DNA of 64,000 bases from an uncultured Eubacterium sp. (lineage in GTDB: Bacteria > Bacillota > Clostridia > Lachnospirales > Lachnospiraceae). Below are positions 11,201-19,909 of the stretch, piece by piece. The stretch is taken from NCBI GenBank assembly GCA_964450965.1, contig CAYVFF010000009.1, forward strand, positions 5,384 to 69,383. Reading direction: 5' to 3'. How positions within the stretch are numbered: position 1 is the first letter of the stretch; the number at the start of each line of letters is the position of its first letter. Under the pieces are notes generated by a model. That model did no database searches and was not told the origin of the DNA. It was given only the letters and a program-made list of their open reading frames with translations. Made by a program: the position numbers and the translations under genes.

Positions 11201-11621
11201 CTTCCAGCGTTTCCGGCAATACGCGGTATTGCGACAGCTCGGTAAGGAATGATTTGATTTCATTGATGCAGCCGGTCCTATGCAGGCTGCCGCCCAGAAC
11301 CTGCATCTGCCCTTCCAGCCGTCCGGCCAGCTTCTGCAAAATCAGGTTTTTGCCGGTATCCTCCAGGATACGCAATGAATCCTTGCCCAGCTCCTCGAAT
11401 ACGCGGTACGCCAGCCGCCTGAAGCTTAACACATCGATATTCAATATGGCATGACGCTCCTGGCGGCGGACGAACTCGCGCTGCGTCGCCATGGAAAACT
11501 GCTCCGGCACGATCACGAAAAACGATCGGTCCGGATGCAGCTTCGCCTCGGCGAGTATTTTTTCATACAGATAATGCGATTTCCCGGAGCCGGAATTGCC
11601 CAGGATCAGATGTAGCGCCAT
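8178..11621 (-). CDS. addB: ATP-dependent helicase/deoxyribonuclease AddB
   Basis: Degenerate Walker A (LILGNSGSGKSH). C-terminal nuclease with Fe-S cysteines (IDYKSG ... CQWCVFRSIC). Start set at the ATG at 11621, 7 nt after GAAGGAG. Overlaps addA by 41 nt. Confidence 0.9.
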   Translation of the reverse strand: MALHLILGNSGSGKSHYLYEKILAEAKLHPDRSFFVIVPEQFSMATQREFVRRQERHAILNIDVLSFRRLAYRVFEELGKDSLRILEDTGKNLILQKLAGRLEGQMQVLGGSLHRTGCINEIKSFLTELSQYRVLPETLEDMAGSDGASPLLRAKLSDIRILYEAFLREIEGDYLLAEEMEEYMAELVPASSLFANAVLVFDGFTGFTPVQQDFLREVFPAVIDIYAAFTIGAEEDFYRGWDDAEQLFYLSKKTIHTLLVIAKDTGVAVADPAVLSDGARRRFANSPLLYHLEQNMFRLGQRPYAGESEWGRQTQLRVAGFARPLDELRFAAREIKRLAREGMRYRDVAIVSGDARLYASYVPQVFAEYDIPYFLDQSDPILFHPLIECARSLLELAKRDFSYEAAMRLVKTGLLPIGSGLADILDNYLLATGIRGHRRWGELWTYCPGWMDADGLAELNEARGRLMQTLGPYMDIMTDKSSTVLMRTRALYDVMAAFDMEPDDPGDARIWRAAMDLFDKLAALLGGEILPLDEYADIVDAGFEAAKAPAIPPGLDQVIVGDIERTRLENVKVLFFLGVNDGVIPSVSGEGGILSQLERETLARAHYELAPTARERAFIQRFYLYMNMTKPSFGLYLTYARTGADGASMRRSYLIGMILRMFPGLKAEDYMENDAEISAMDFMATPAAAFRYLAEGMERAKAGEAPPEWGALLAWFGARAQWREPLERLLSAAYFRMDKAPLSAETGRLLYGSVIENSVTRLERFAACAYAHFLAYGLRLRERDTHDFEPVDFGNVLHAALEHYANGLERGGYDWFDVPEEERLRLAEAAMRFAMAQAGDALFSSAKNRYLSRRMQDLLHKTVDTLTRQVRKGRFRPAEYELSFGAADGLRTARFALAGGGEMHLMGRIDRVDVLELGGDTYIKVIDYKSGQTKFSLSSLYHGLQLQLAVYLDAAMELIGRGREGDILPAGIFYYHVDDPVVDADPGADEEEIRRAAFEKLRMDGIVNADPDIYGAMDAEFTDKSDVIPVARTKSGELSSASKAYTTAQFGEISNYVNYLVRRLGQRMMDGEIAINPYELGGKNACQWCVFRSICGFDERLEGCGYRRLERFDSDGAVFEEMERIEKEQEEGGEDGDGMDDAAAAGH

Positions 11622-11632
11622 GTGCCGCTCCT

Positions 11633-12466
11633 TCAAAAAATATTACCAAGGCAGACGCGCCGCAGGCTGCGCTCCGCCTCCTTTTTCAGATCCCGCAGCA
11701 GCAGCGCGTCGGTCGCCGGCTCATGCATTTTATATCGCGGAAAATACCTGGTGATATGGAGCGGGATATCCGGATCTATCCCCGCTATCCACTCCGCCTG
11801 GCGCCTCATGTCATCCAAGCCGTCGTTCAGTCCCGGCACGATCAGCGAAGTCAGCTCCACGTGGCATTCGCGCGCGGCCATCGTTATGAAAGTTTTCACC
11901 GTCTCGAGATTCCCGCCTAGGCGCTCGTATATCTCCGGCCTAAAGCCCTTCAAATCGATATTCATCGCGTCGATATATGGCAGTATCTCCTCTAGCACCG
12001 GCGGCTCGGCCATCCCGTTCGTCACGAGGACGTTCTTCATGCCTGCCGAGCGTATCAACTTCGCGGAGTCGCGCACATATTCATATCCCGCGAGAGCCTC
12101 GTTATAGGTATATGCCACCCCGATATTTCCCCGGGCGCGTTCGCCCTCCGCGATGCCGCACAGCTCACGCGGCGAGACCTCGTATATATTAGCCGCGTCC
12201 CCTTCCCGCGCCCTCGCGATCTCATGGTTCTGGCAGAAAGGACACGACATGTTGCAGCCGAAGCTCCCGACCGAGAGGATCATGCTGCCGGGGTGGAAAA
12301 ATGCCAGAGGCTTTTTCTCGATCGGGTCTAACGCGATGGCGGTTAGCTTGCCGTAATTGGCGCATACCACCTTTCCGCCGCTGTTTTTCCTGGCGCCGCA
12401 AATGCCGTAGGCGTCTTCAGGAATATGGCAATGATGCGGGCAGACCTCGCAGCAGGCAAGGCTCAT
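11633..12466 (-). CDS. AmmeMemoRadiSam-system-type radical SAM enzyme
   Basis: Cys-rich N-terminus (CEVCPHHCHIPEDAYGICGARK). CxxxCxxC motif (CNMSCPFCQN). Adjacent to Memo/LigB-like and AMMECR1 genes. Confidence 0.8.
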   Translation of the reverse strand: MSLACCEVCPHHCHIPEDAYGICGARKNSGGKVVCANYGKLTAIALDPIEKKPLAFFHPGSMILSVGSFGCNMSCPFCQNHEIARAREGDAANIYEVSPRELCGIAEGERARGNIGVAYTYNEALAGYEYVRDSAKLIRSAGMKNVLVTNGMAEPPVLEEILPYIDAMNIDLKGFRPEIYERLGGNLETVKTFITMAARECHVELTSLIVPGLNDGLDDMRRQAEWIAGIDPDIPLHITRYFPRYKMHEPATDALLLRDLKKEAERSLRRVCLGNIF

Positions 12467-13284
12467 TTCCCGTCCCCCTGAGAGACCATGCGCGGCTTAT
12501 ATATGCAGAATCCATATCCCACTCCGAATACCGCCTCGTGAGACAATCTCTCGGCATCCACCCCGATCCCTTGAAACGCGCCGCCCATAATCGTGAAAGA
12601 GCGGTGGCCGCATTCCATGCTCCTGTCAAGAAAATCCTCATCGAATTCCTTGAGCTTTTCAAAATCCCCGACGCCCATCACATCCATGATCTGCCTGTCA
12701 TATTCCGGCCCCTCCGGCCGATACCCGTAAGGCCCGTCCTCCTTCTGGCAATGGCTGAGGTCCCCGCTCGCTATGAACACGCACCGCCTCCCGGCGAGGT
12801 CCGCGGCCCTCTTTATTATCCTGCCGAATTCCCAATGTTTTTCCAGGGGCAGGCCCGAAAGTCCTATACGCACCAGCCGGTAATCCGTATACTCGCGATT
12901 GACAAAATATAGCGGCACCATCGTCCCATGGTCGAGGTCCGCGGCCCGCTCTCCGCGCGTTCCGGCTGGAAAGCCTGCCCGCCGCGCCTCCACAGCGATA
13001 GCCTCGGAGAGCTCCTCGTCATATTCGGCCGAAAACCGCACGTTGCCCGCTCCGAACTGCCTGAAACTGCCCTTCGCGCCGCTGCCTGGCGATATATGGA
13101 AATAGTCCCGGTACATCACGGCGTGCGGCGATGTCAGGATAATCGTCTCCGGCCTGATTTTCGCAATGTCTCGGGCGATCCTGGTAAAGGAATCCAGCGT
13201 GTCCTCTATCCTACGCTCCTCCCCTCTCCCGATCTCCGGCACCGCGATCGGGGGATGGGGCATCATATATCCCGCTATGAGCAT
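12463..13284 (-). CDS. Class III extradiol dioxygenase-like (LigB/Memo superfamily) protein, probable AmmeMemoRadiSam partner B
   Basis: N-terminus MPHPPIAVPEIG..TSPH, plus DHG and SGDLSH motifs typical of the LigB fold. ATGA overlap with the radical SAM gene. Confidence 0.65.
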   Translation of the reverse strand: MLIAGYMMPHPPIAVPEIGRGEERRIEDTLDSFTRIARDIAKIRPETIILTSPHAVMYRDYFHISPGSGAKGSFRQFGAGNVRFSAEYDEELSEAIAVEARRAGFPAGTRGERAADLDHGTMVPLYFVNREYTDYRLVRIGLSGLPLEKHWEFGRIIKRAADLAGRRCVFIASGDLSHCQKEDGPYGYRPEGPEYDRQIMDVMGVGDFEKLKEFDEDFLDRSMECGHRSFTIMGGAFQGIGVDAERLSHEAVFGVGYGFCIYKPRMVSQGDGK

Positions 13285-13298
13285 GTACCGCCCCTCCT

Positions 13299-14660
13299 TT
13301 ATCGTCCGCCTTCAGAGGACGTTATCTGCAGCTCCACATCCTCTAAGCCGCTTTCCACCTTTAAAAAGTTGCGTATGGACTCCAGCTGGCCGTCGGGCAT
13401 TGTATCGGGAGCTTTTGCCTCGAAAAGTACCGTCGTGCCATTCTTCCCATACATCAACCCGCATCTCGCGTCCGACAGTCCGGCAAAAATCTCCTCCGCT
13501 TTTTGCGCGATGGCCGCGCAATCCGCCTGTTCGCCGATGTCAGCGGACAGCTCCTCGTTTTTCCTCTTCTCCTCGTCGAGCTGCTCCTGCAAATCGCGTA
13601 TGGTATTTTCCTGAACCGCGATAGTCACCTTGTCTCCCTCGACGCCCTCCACCGTCTTGTTCTGCATGACGCGCAGCTCATAACCCGATAAATCGTAATC
13701 GGCGAGCTTATCGCTTAACTCGGCGATCTTTTCATCCGGCAGCTGGGCGCCGACCAGCGACACGGAAATCACCCTTTTCTGATTGTCCGTGCTGCTCTGC
13801 ACCAGCTGCGTGTCAGCGAACGCGAATTCCGAGTCGAGGTATGAGGCGATATTGTGCTCCAGCACCGAGAGGTAGACGGTATACGCCCCGCCCAGCAAAC
13901 TGGGAATCACGACTATCACGATAAGCGTCCTGATGGTGCGGTTTATCCGCCTCTGCCGTCTGTCGTCGAGAGCCTTGAAACTGGGCACTCCCAGCATCTT
14001 CGTGACAATCAGAGCCGACAACGCGATAAAGAGCGTATTTATGACGAACAGATAAAACGCCCCGAATATGAAGTTCGCCTGCCTGGTGGCGATCCCGTAG
14101 CCTACGGTACACAGCGGAGGCATGAGCGCGGTCGCGATAGCCACGCCCGGGATGACGTTGCTCGTCTTTTTGCGAGTATTGCCAATGCTTCCCGCGATGC
14201 CGCCGAACAGGGCGATCAAGACGTCCCATATGGTCGGGCTGGTACGGGCGATCATCTCCTCCGTCGCTATATTCAGCGGCGACAACGAAAAATAGATGGT
14301 CGACGTAATCAGGCTGATAAGCACCTGCGTTCCGAAGCTCGTCGCCGCCTTGCGCAGCATCGTCAGATCCCTTATGGCGAGCGAATAGCCTATGGTCAGG
14401 ATGCCGCTCATCAGCGGCGATATCAGCATGGCGCCGATGATGACCGCCGTGGAATTGGTATTCAGCCCTATTGACGCGATAAGGATAGCCAGCATGAGAA
14501 TCCACATATTCGCGCCGTGGATGATGGTATTTTCTTCCATCATCTCGTTCAGCTCTTCATAGGAGAGCATGTCGCTCCGCATATCCAGCAGGCTGCGGAA
14601 ATATTCTTTTAGCTTTTCTTTTACAACGTTCTTTTTGTCCGTGTTCGTATTATTATCCAT
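13299..14660 (-). CDS. DUF389-family integral membrane protein with C-terminal soluble domain
   Basis: Multi-TM core with the AMLISPLM and ALMPPL motifs that I recall for DUF389/TIGR00341. C-terminal coiled-coil and soluble region. Confidence 0.7.
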   Translation of the reverse strand: MDNNTNTDKKNVVKEKLKEYFRSLLDMRSDMLSYEELNEMMEENTIIHGANMWILMLAILIASIGLNTNSTAVIIGAMLISPLMSGILTIGYSLAIRDLTMLRKAATSFGTQVLISLITSTIYFSLSPLNIATEEMIARTSPTIWDVLIALFGGIAGSIGNTRKKTSNVIPGVAIATALMPPLCTVGYGIATRQANFIFGAFYLFVINTLFIALSALIVTKMLGVPSFKALDDRRQRRINRTIRTLIVIVVIPSLLGGAYTVYLSVLEHNIASYLDSEFAFADTQLVQSSTDNQKRVISVSLVGAQLPDEKIAELSDKLADYDLSGYELRVMQNKTVEGVEGDKVTIAVQENTIRDLQEQLDEEKRKNEELSADIGEQADCAAIAQKAEEIFAGLSDARCGLMYGKNGTTVLFEAKAPDTMPDGQLESIRNFLKVESGLEDVELQITSSEGGR

Positions 14661-14748
14661 TTCGGCACTCCTCCGCAGATCCCTCTATTAATGCGGCCGG
14701 CAGCCGCCGGCCTGCCGTCTCCAAGCCCGGCGGGACTCGCCGGACGGA

Positions 14749-15264
14749 TCACGCGTGGCGCGTCACCTCGAAACGGTACAGGCGGACGCCCTCCTCGTCC
14801 TCGCGGATCCCTGCTTTCATCTTAGCGACATATATCTGGTAATCTACGCTGTCGACTCCCTCGAGATTCGGGAGGAGGAGGCCGCGCCTGGAATCCTTCT
14901 CAACTATGACTCCGTAACGCTTCACATCCAGCTCGTCCTTAGACGAAATAGGCTCCGCTTCTCCTAGCACGTCCACGCTGATATCGAGCCGATCCAGCTC
15001 TCCCGCGCCTATCGGCGGAAACCGGGGATCCCGGGTGGCGGCCGATATGGCATTCGAGATAATCTCCTCCGCGAGCGTATCCCTCGTAGGGGCGATCGTC
15101 CCGATGCAGCCGCGCAGTTCGCCGCCCTCGTGTATCGACACGAACGCGCCGGCGCGCGTCAGGCGCATCTCATCCGTCAGTTCGTCTTCCTTCGGGCGAT
15201 AGATCCGCCTCTCGCGGACGTATTGCCCGATAGTATTTTTCGCCAGCTGTACATATCCGTCCAT
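14749..15264 (-). CDS. AMMECR1 domain protein (AmmeMemoRadiSam system protein A type)
   Basis: GAFVSIHEGGELRGCIGT and DPRFPP motifs characteristic of AMMECR1. Confidence 0.85.
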   Translation of the reverse strand: MDGYVQLAKNTIGQYVRERRIYRPKEDELTDEMRLTRAGAFVSIHEGGELRGCIGTIAPTRDTLAEEIISNAISAATRDPRFPPIGAGELDRLDISVDVLGEAEPISSKDELDVKRYGVIVEKDSRRGLLLPNLEGVDSVDYQIYVAKMKAGIREDEEGVRLYRFEVTRHA

Positions 15265-15323
15265 ACGCGCTCCTTTCGCCCATGCCCGCGCTCCCCGAAT
15301 CCGGCGGCATGCCGCCCTTCTAG

Positions 15324-15352
15324 AGTATACGAAATTTCACGCGAAAAGGCAA
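15324..15352 (-). promoter_or_regulatory. Candidate sigma-A promoter for the AMMECR1...addBA gene string
   Basis: On the minus strand: TTGCCT, 17 nt spacer, TATACT. The leader then contains the perfect palindrome GGCGGCATGCCGCC and an AAAGGAG SD. Confidence 0.5.
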
Positions 15353-15511
15353 CATATTCCTGAACATTTCATGCGCGTGATATCCCCGCCTTCGGTCCAG
15401 ATCCGCTGGCCGGCTGAACAATCGAGGGAACATTCACGCTTTTTTAACAATTTAAGATTACAATAGGGGAGTCACATGAATTAGAAGATTGCATATCAAG
15501 GAGGTTTCATT

Positions 15512-16132
15512 ATGAAAAAGACAATGCTTTGCGCCATCGCCATCCTGGCATCCTGCGCGTTCGCGGGATGCGGGCAGGGAGCCGGCGACGCCGAAACAGA
15601 GGCTCTGCGAAGGCAGGTCGCCGACTTACAGAGCCAGGTGGAGGAACTGCAGCAGAATTCCGCAAGCGGCGAGGATACCGGCGTACCCGCGGAAAATGCG
15701 CCGGACGATACGGATGCCGTAACACAGGCGGAAAGCCTGCCGGCAGACGACGCCGCGCCCGCGAACCCGCCCGCCGACAATTCCAATCAGTCCGATACCG
15801 CCTCAAGTCAGGCCGATAGCGCACTGTCTTCGGAGGACGGCGATACTATGGCGAGCCTGGAAACGCTAGTCGACGATTATGCATCCAGGGCGGATGCCCT
15901 GCTAGACGGCGGCTCCAATCCGGATCTGGATGAATATTTCGCCTACAAGCAGGAGTCCGAGGAGATAGACCGCAGGCTCGACCGATATGATAATGATCTG
16001 GAACGGCAGGTTCGCGACGGATCGCTGTCACGCGACGACTACCACAAGGCGGAACGGCAGCTCGATCTACTGGAAGAATCGCTAGACCATGCGGAGGAGA
16101 GTCTGGAATATTATTTCGGAATAGACGACTGA
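15512..16132 (+). CDS. Hypothetical lipoprotein, coiled-coil and acidic
   Basis: AAGGAGG SD. Signal peptide with lipobox (LASCAFAGC). Low-complexity acidic region. Confidence 0.6.
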   Translation: MKKTMLCAIAILASCAFAGCGQGAGDAETEALRRQVADLQSQVEELQQNSASGEDTGVPAENAPDDTDAVTQAESLPADDAAPANPPADNSNQSDTASSQADSALSSEDGDTMASLETLVDDYASRADALLDGGSNPDLDEYFAYKQESEEIDRRLDRYDNDLERQVRDGSLSRDDYHKAERQLDLLEESLDHAEESLEYYFGIDD

Positions 16133-16224
16133 CGCGCCATCCGTCACCCCTTGCAATTCTGCCATGTGAGTGGTAACATGAATTGCGTACGCAAGACGGT
16201 GAAAAAACCAGGAGGTTACGCATT

Positions 16225-16863
16225 ATGACGGAGAACATTGATGTATTTACGCATAGCAGCATTCGGATAAGGGCCGGCGGCAAGTCGGTCTATATCGACC
16301 CCTTCCGGATGGAGGCGGAGCCGCGGGACGCGGATGCGATATTAATCACACACGACCATTACGACCATTTTTCGCCGGAGGATATCGAAAAGGCCGCCGG
16401 ACAGTCTACCGTGTTAGTGGTCCCGGAGAAGATGAGGGCGAAGGCGCAAGAGGCCGCGGGGCTTGTAAAAGAGATCGCGACGGTAGTCCCCGGCGGACAT
16501 TACGAGATATGCGGGCTGAAGATAGAGACCGTGCCGGCGTACAATGTCAAGAAGCCTTTCCATCCCAAGGGGGCCGGCTTCGTGGGATATATTATTGACG
16601 CCGACGGAAAGCGCGTCTACATAGCGGGAGACACGGATGCCACGCCGGAATCCCGGGCAGTGACTTGCGACATCGCGCTCGTGCCCATCGGCGGGACCTA
16701 TACGATGGACGCGAAAAATGCCGCCGCCCTCGTCAATGAGATTCGCCCCGAGGTGGCTATCCCCGTGCATTACGGGAGCATCGCGGGCAGCAAGGAGGAC
16801 GGCAAAGTCTTCGCGTCGCTTGTGATATCTCCGATAAAGGTCGAGTTCAAGATACCTTTTTGA
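16225..16863 (+). CDS. MBL-fold metallo-hydrolase
   Basis: HxHxDH motif (ILITHDHYDHF). ATG at 16225 follows AGGAGG. The track start at 16183 lacks an SD. Confidence 0.8.
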   Translation: MTENIDVFTHSSIRIRAGGKSVYIDPFRMEAEPRDADAILITHDHYDHFSPEDIEKAAGQSTVLVVPEKMRAKAQEAAGLVKEIATVVPGGHYEICGLKIETVPAYNVKKPFHPKGAGFVGYIIDADGKRVYIAGDTDATPESRAVTCDIALVPIGGTYTMDAKNAAALVNEIRPEVAIPVHYGSIAGSKEDGKVFASLVISPIKVEFKIPF

Positions 16864-16909
16864 CGGGCCTGGCGTATTATTATACTAGATTGATTATGGA
16901 GGCAGCTGT

Positions 16910-18166
16910 ATGAGAAAATATGCTAAGGCGGTCGTGAATCTTGCCATCGCGCTGCTGGCGGTCCTGGCAGTCATTTTTTTACTGCCCAGGCTCCTGATGT
17001 TCTTCCTGCCCTTCGTGGTGGGCTGGATCATAGCCATGATGGCATCTCCCCTGGTGCGTTTTTTTGAGGAGAAGTTCCGGCTGAAGCGTAAGATCGGGAG
17101 CGCTTTTGTGATTATCACGGTAATAGGAGTAGTGGTGCTCCTGGTTTATCTTCTGGTCGCCTGGCTGGCAGAGCAGGTGGTCGGGCTGCTGGTCGCCCTC
17201 CCCGGCATGTGGGAGGGGATGGAGTCCGATATCAACAGGATGGGCGAGATCCTTGGGGCGTTTTTTGACCGTCTCCCGGGAGAGACTCAGGTCCAGTTTA
17301 ACGATTTGCTGGACACGGTAGGCGGATATATAGGCAGCTTTTTAAGAAGGATTGGCACGCCGACCATAGCCGCGGCGGGCAATCTTGCCAAGCAGCTGCC
17401 GTCGATACTGATTGGCATCGTCATGACGCTCCTGTCGTCGTATTTCTTCGTGGCGGAACACCAGCAGATAAAAGAGTGGCTTCGAAACCATACCCCGGGT
17501 TCCGTGCAGCTCTATTATGATATGATACGCAGGAGCCTGGCGAAATCTGTGGGCGGCTATCTTAAGGCGCAGCTGAAGATTGAGGTATGGATGTACCTCC
17601 TGCTTGTCCTCGGCCTGGCAATCCTGCGCGTGAACTACTTCGCGCTGATCGCGCTGCTGATCGCGATAATGGATTTCCTGCCTTTCCTGGGGACCGGTAC
17701 CATCCTGATCCCCTGGGCGATAATCAAGGTCTTCGCGGGTGACTACAAGGTGGCTGCAGGACTTCTGATCATCTGGGGCGTGGGGCAGCTGGCCCGCCAG
17801 CTGATCCAGCCCAAGATCGTGGGGGACTCGGTCGGAGTGCCGCCGCTTCCTACGCTGTTATTGTTGTATATAGGCTACCGTATAGGCGGCGTTATAGGAA
17901 TGCTTATCGCGGTGCCGCTGGGCCTGATGCTCTTTTCGATGTATCAGGAGGGAGCATTCGACGGCATCAGGGACAGCGCGCTGATATTGATTTCTGGAGT
18001 CAACCATTTCAGAAAGCTGCGTGAGGAGGATATGGACGAGGTGGAAGAGATGGCTTCGCAGGACCGGGAGTCTCTCAAGATACTGGAGGAGCGCCGCAAG
18101 CAATCTGCCGAGCAGGCCGCGGCAAAAAAGAAAGCCCGCGCCTTTTCCCGGCGCGGGAAGGGATAA
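16910..18166 (+). CDS. ytvI: AI-2E family transporter / sporulation integral membrane protein YtvI-like
   Basis: Eight-TM PerM/AI-2E-like pattern. The N-terminus resembles YtvI. Charged C-terminal tail. Confidence 0.7.
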   Translation: MRKYAKAVVNLAIALLAVLAVIFLLPRLLMFFLPFVVGWIIAMMASPLVRFFEEKFRLKRKIGSAFVIITVIGVVVLLVYLLVAWLAEQVVGLLVALPGMWEGMESDINRMGEILGAFFDRLPGETQVQFNDLLDTVGGYIGSFLRRIGTPTIAAAGNLAKQLPSILIGIVMTLLSSYFFVAEHQQIKEWLRNHTPGSVQLYYDMIRRSLAKSVGGYLKAQLKIEVWMYLLLVLGLAILRVNYFALIALLIAIMDFLPFLGTGTILIPWAIIKVFAGDYKVAAGLLIIWGVGQLARQLIQPKIVGDSVGVPPLPTLLLLYIGYRIGGVIGMLIAVPLGLMLFSMYQEGAFDGIRDSALILISGVNHFRKLREEDMDEVEEMASQDRESLKILEERRKQSAEQAAAKKKARAFSRRGKG

Positions 18167-18201
18167 TGCGTAACTCCGATGGAAAGCGGGAGATGCCGGT
18201 T

Positions 18202-18636
18202 TCAGGCATCTCCGCATTCCTCGCAGGAGGCACAGTCGGGAAACTGCGATTTGTCATACTCGATTCCGTTCTTTTCATAGTAGTCCTGCACCGCCGCCTT
18301 GATTGCCTCCTCGGCCAGTACCGAGCAGTGCATCTTATAGGCGGGCAGCCCGTCAAGCGCCTCCGCCACAGCCTTGTTTGTCAGATCCAGAGCATCGGAG
18401 AGCGGCTTTCCTTTGATTAGTTCCGTCGCCATGGAACTGGACGCGATTGCGGAACCGCACCCGAAAGTTTCAAATTTTGCATCGGAAACAATGTCGTCGT
18501 CAATCTTCAGATAAATCTTCATTATATCGCCGCATTTTGCGTTTCCGACCTCGCCAATGCCGTCCGCGTCCTCTATCACGCCCACGTTACGCGGATTTCT
18601 AAAATGATCCATCACTTTTTCGCTGTATAATGCCAT
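18202..18636 (-). CDS. nifU: Fe-S cluster assembly scaffold NifU/IscU
   Basis: Conserved scaffold cysteines (NAKCGD, FGCGSAIASSS, HCSVLA). Confidence 0.9.
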   Translation of the reverse strand: MALYSEKVMDHFRNPRNVGVIEDADGIGEVGNAKCGDIMKIYLKIDDDIVSDAKFETFGCGSAIASSSMATELIKGKPLSDALDLTNKAVAEALDGLPAYKMHCSVLAEEAIKAAVQDYYEKNGIEYDKSQFPDCASCEECGDA

Positions 18637-18651
18637 CTCTCTCGAACCTCC

Positions 18652-19839
18652 TCAAAGTATGAACGCTTTTTTGCCGCTTACCTTGTCCCTCCATAGCGGC
18701 GACATATTCCTCAGATATTCCACGACTTTTGGAATCTCCGCCAACATATAGTCGATCTCCTCTTCGGTATTCTCCTCGCAGAGGCTGAGCCGCAGGGAAC
18801 CGTGAGCAACTTCGTGGACTCTTCCGATTGCCAGCAGCACATGGCTGGGATCGAGCGAACCGGACGTGCATGCCGACCCGGATGATGCGCAGATGCCCTT
18901 GGCATCCAGCAGCAAAAGCAGGCTCTCGCCCTCTATCCCCTCAAAACAAAAATTGACATTTCCGGGCATACGCTGTTCGCGTGCGCCGTTCAACGCCGAA
19001 TGGGGAATCCGGGAGAGCCCGTCAATCAGCTTATCCCGCAGGGCCGACACTTTCGCCGCGTTTTCATCTATATTGGCGGCAATCTCTTTTAGAGCCGCCG
19101 CCATACCCGCGATAGCCGGAACGTTCTCCGTACCCGCTCGTTTTCCGCGCTCCTGTGCCCCGCCCTCGATGAGGTTTTCCAGAGGCACGCCCCTTCTTGC
19201 AAACAATGCGCCGATTCCCTTAGGCCCGTGGAATTTATGGGCGGAAAGCGACAGCATGTCGATGTTCTGTGCCTTCACGTCTATGTGCAGATGGCCGACC
19301 GCCTGCACCGCGTCCGTGTGGAAAACGACGCCCTTCTCCCGGCAGACCGCGCCAATCTCGGAAATAGGCAATATAGACCCGATCTCGTTGTTTGCATACA
19401 TGATCGTCACAAGGCATGTATCCTCGCGGATGGCGTCGCTGACCTGCTCCGCGGTCACCGTGCCGGCGCTGCCGACATCCAGAAGTTCCACGTCAAAGCC
19501 TTGCTTTTTCAGTTTGTCCAATGTGTGCAGGACCGCGTGGTGCTCGAACGCGGTGGAGATTATATGCTTTTTCCCCTTGCGTTCGCCGGCGTAAGCGGCG
19601 GAAAGGATCGCCTGATTATCTGCCTCGCTGCCGCCAGAGGTGAAATATATTTCCCTCGGGTCGGCGCCTATACAGGCGGCGACGTCTTCCCGCGCCGCCG
19701 CCAGAGCCTCCGCCGCCCGCTGGCCGACGGAGTGCAGGCTGGATGGATTGCCAAACTCGGAGTCCATATACGGCAGCATGGCGTTGATGGCGGCGCGGCT
19801 CATTTTTGTGGTCGCAGCATTATCTGCATATACGTTCAT
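18652..19839 (-). CDS. nifS: Cysteine desulfurase NifS
   Basis: PLP lysine motif SLSAHKFHGPKG. Active-site SSGSACTS. Confidence 0.9.
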   Translation of the reverse strand: MNVYADNAATTKMSRAAINAMLPYMDSEFGNPSSLHSVGQRAAEALAAAREDVAACIGADPREIYFTSGGSEADNQAILSAAYAGERKGKKHIISTAFEHHAVLHTLDKLKKQGFDVELLDVGSAGTVTAEQVSDAIREDTCLVTIMYANNEIGSILPISEIGAVCREKGVVFHTDAVQAVGHLHIDVKAQNIDMLSLSAHKFHGPKGIGALFARRGVPLENLIEGGAQERGKRAGTENVPAIAGMAAALKEIAANIDENAAKVSALRDKLIDGLSRIPHSALNGAREQRMPGNVNFCFEGIEGESLLLLLDAKGICASSGSACTSGSLDPSHVLLAIGRVHEVAHGSLRLSLCEENTEEEIDYMLAEIPKVVEYLRNMSPLWRDKVSGKKAFIL

Positions 19840-19909
19840 ATCGCATTACCTCTTGATTATTCCTGATTATTCCGGGCATCGCCCATATATCAGCCGGAAG
19901 GCGGCCGTT

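Noticed and set aside
18186-18215. Hairpin GGAGATGCC-ggtttca-GGCATCTCC between ytvI and nifU, considered as a bidirectional terminator.
   Set aside because: It overlaps the last codons of nifU and has no U-tract on either strand, so it is too uncertain to list as a feature.
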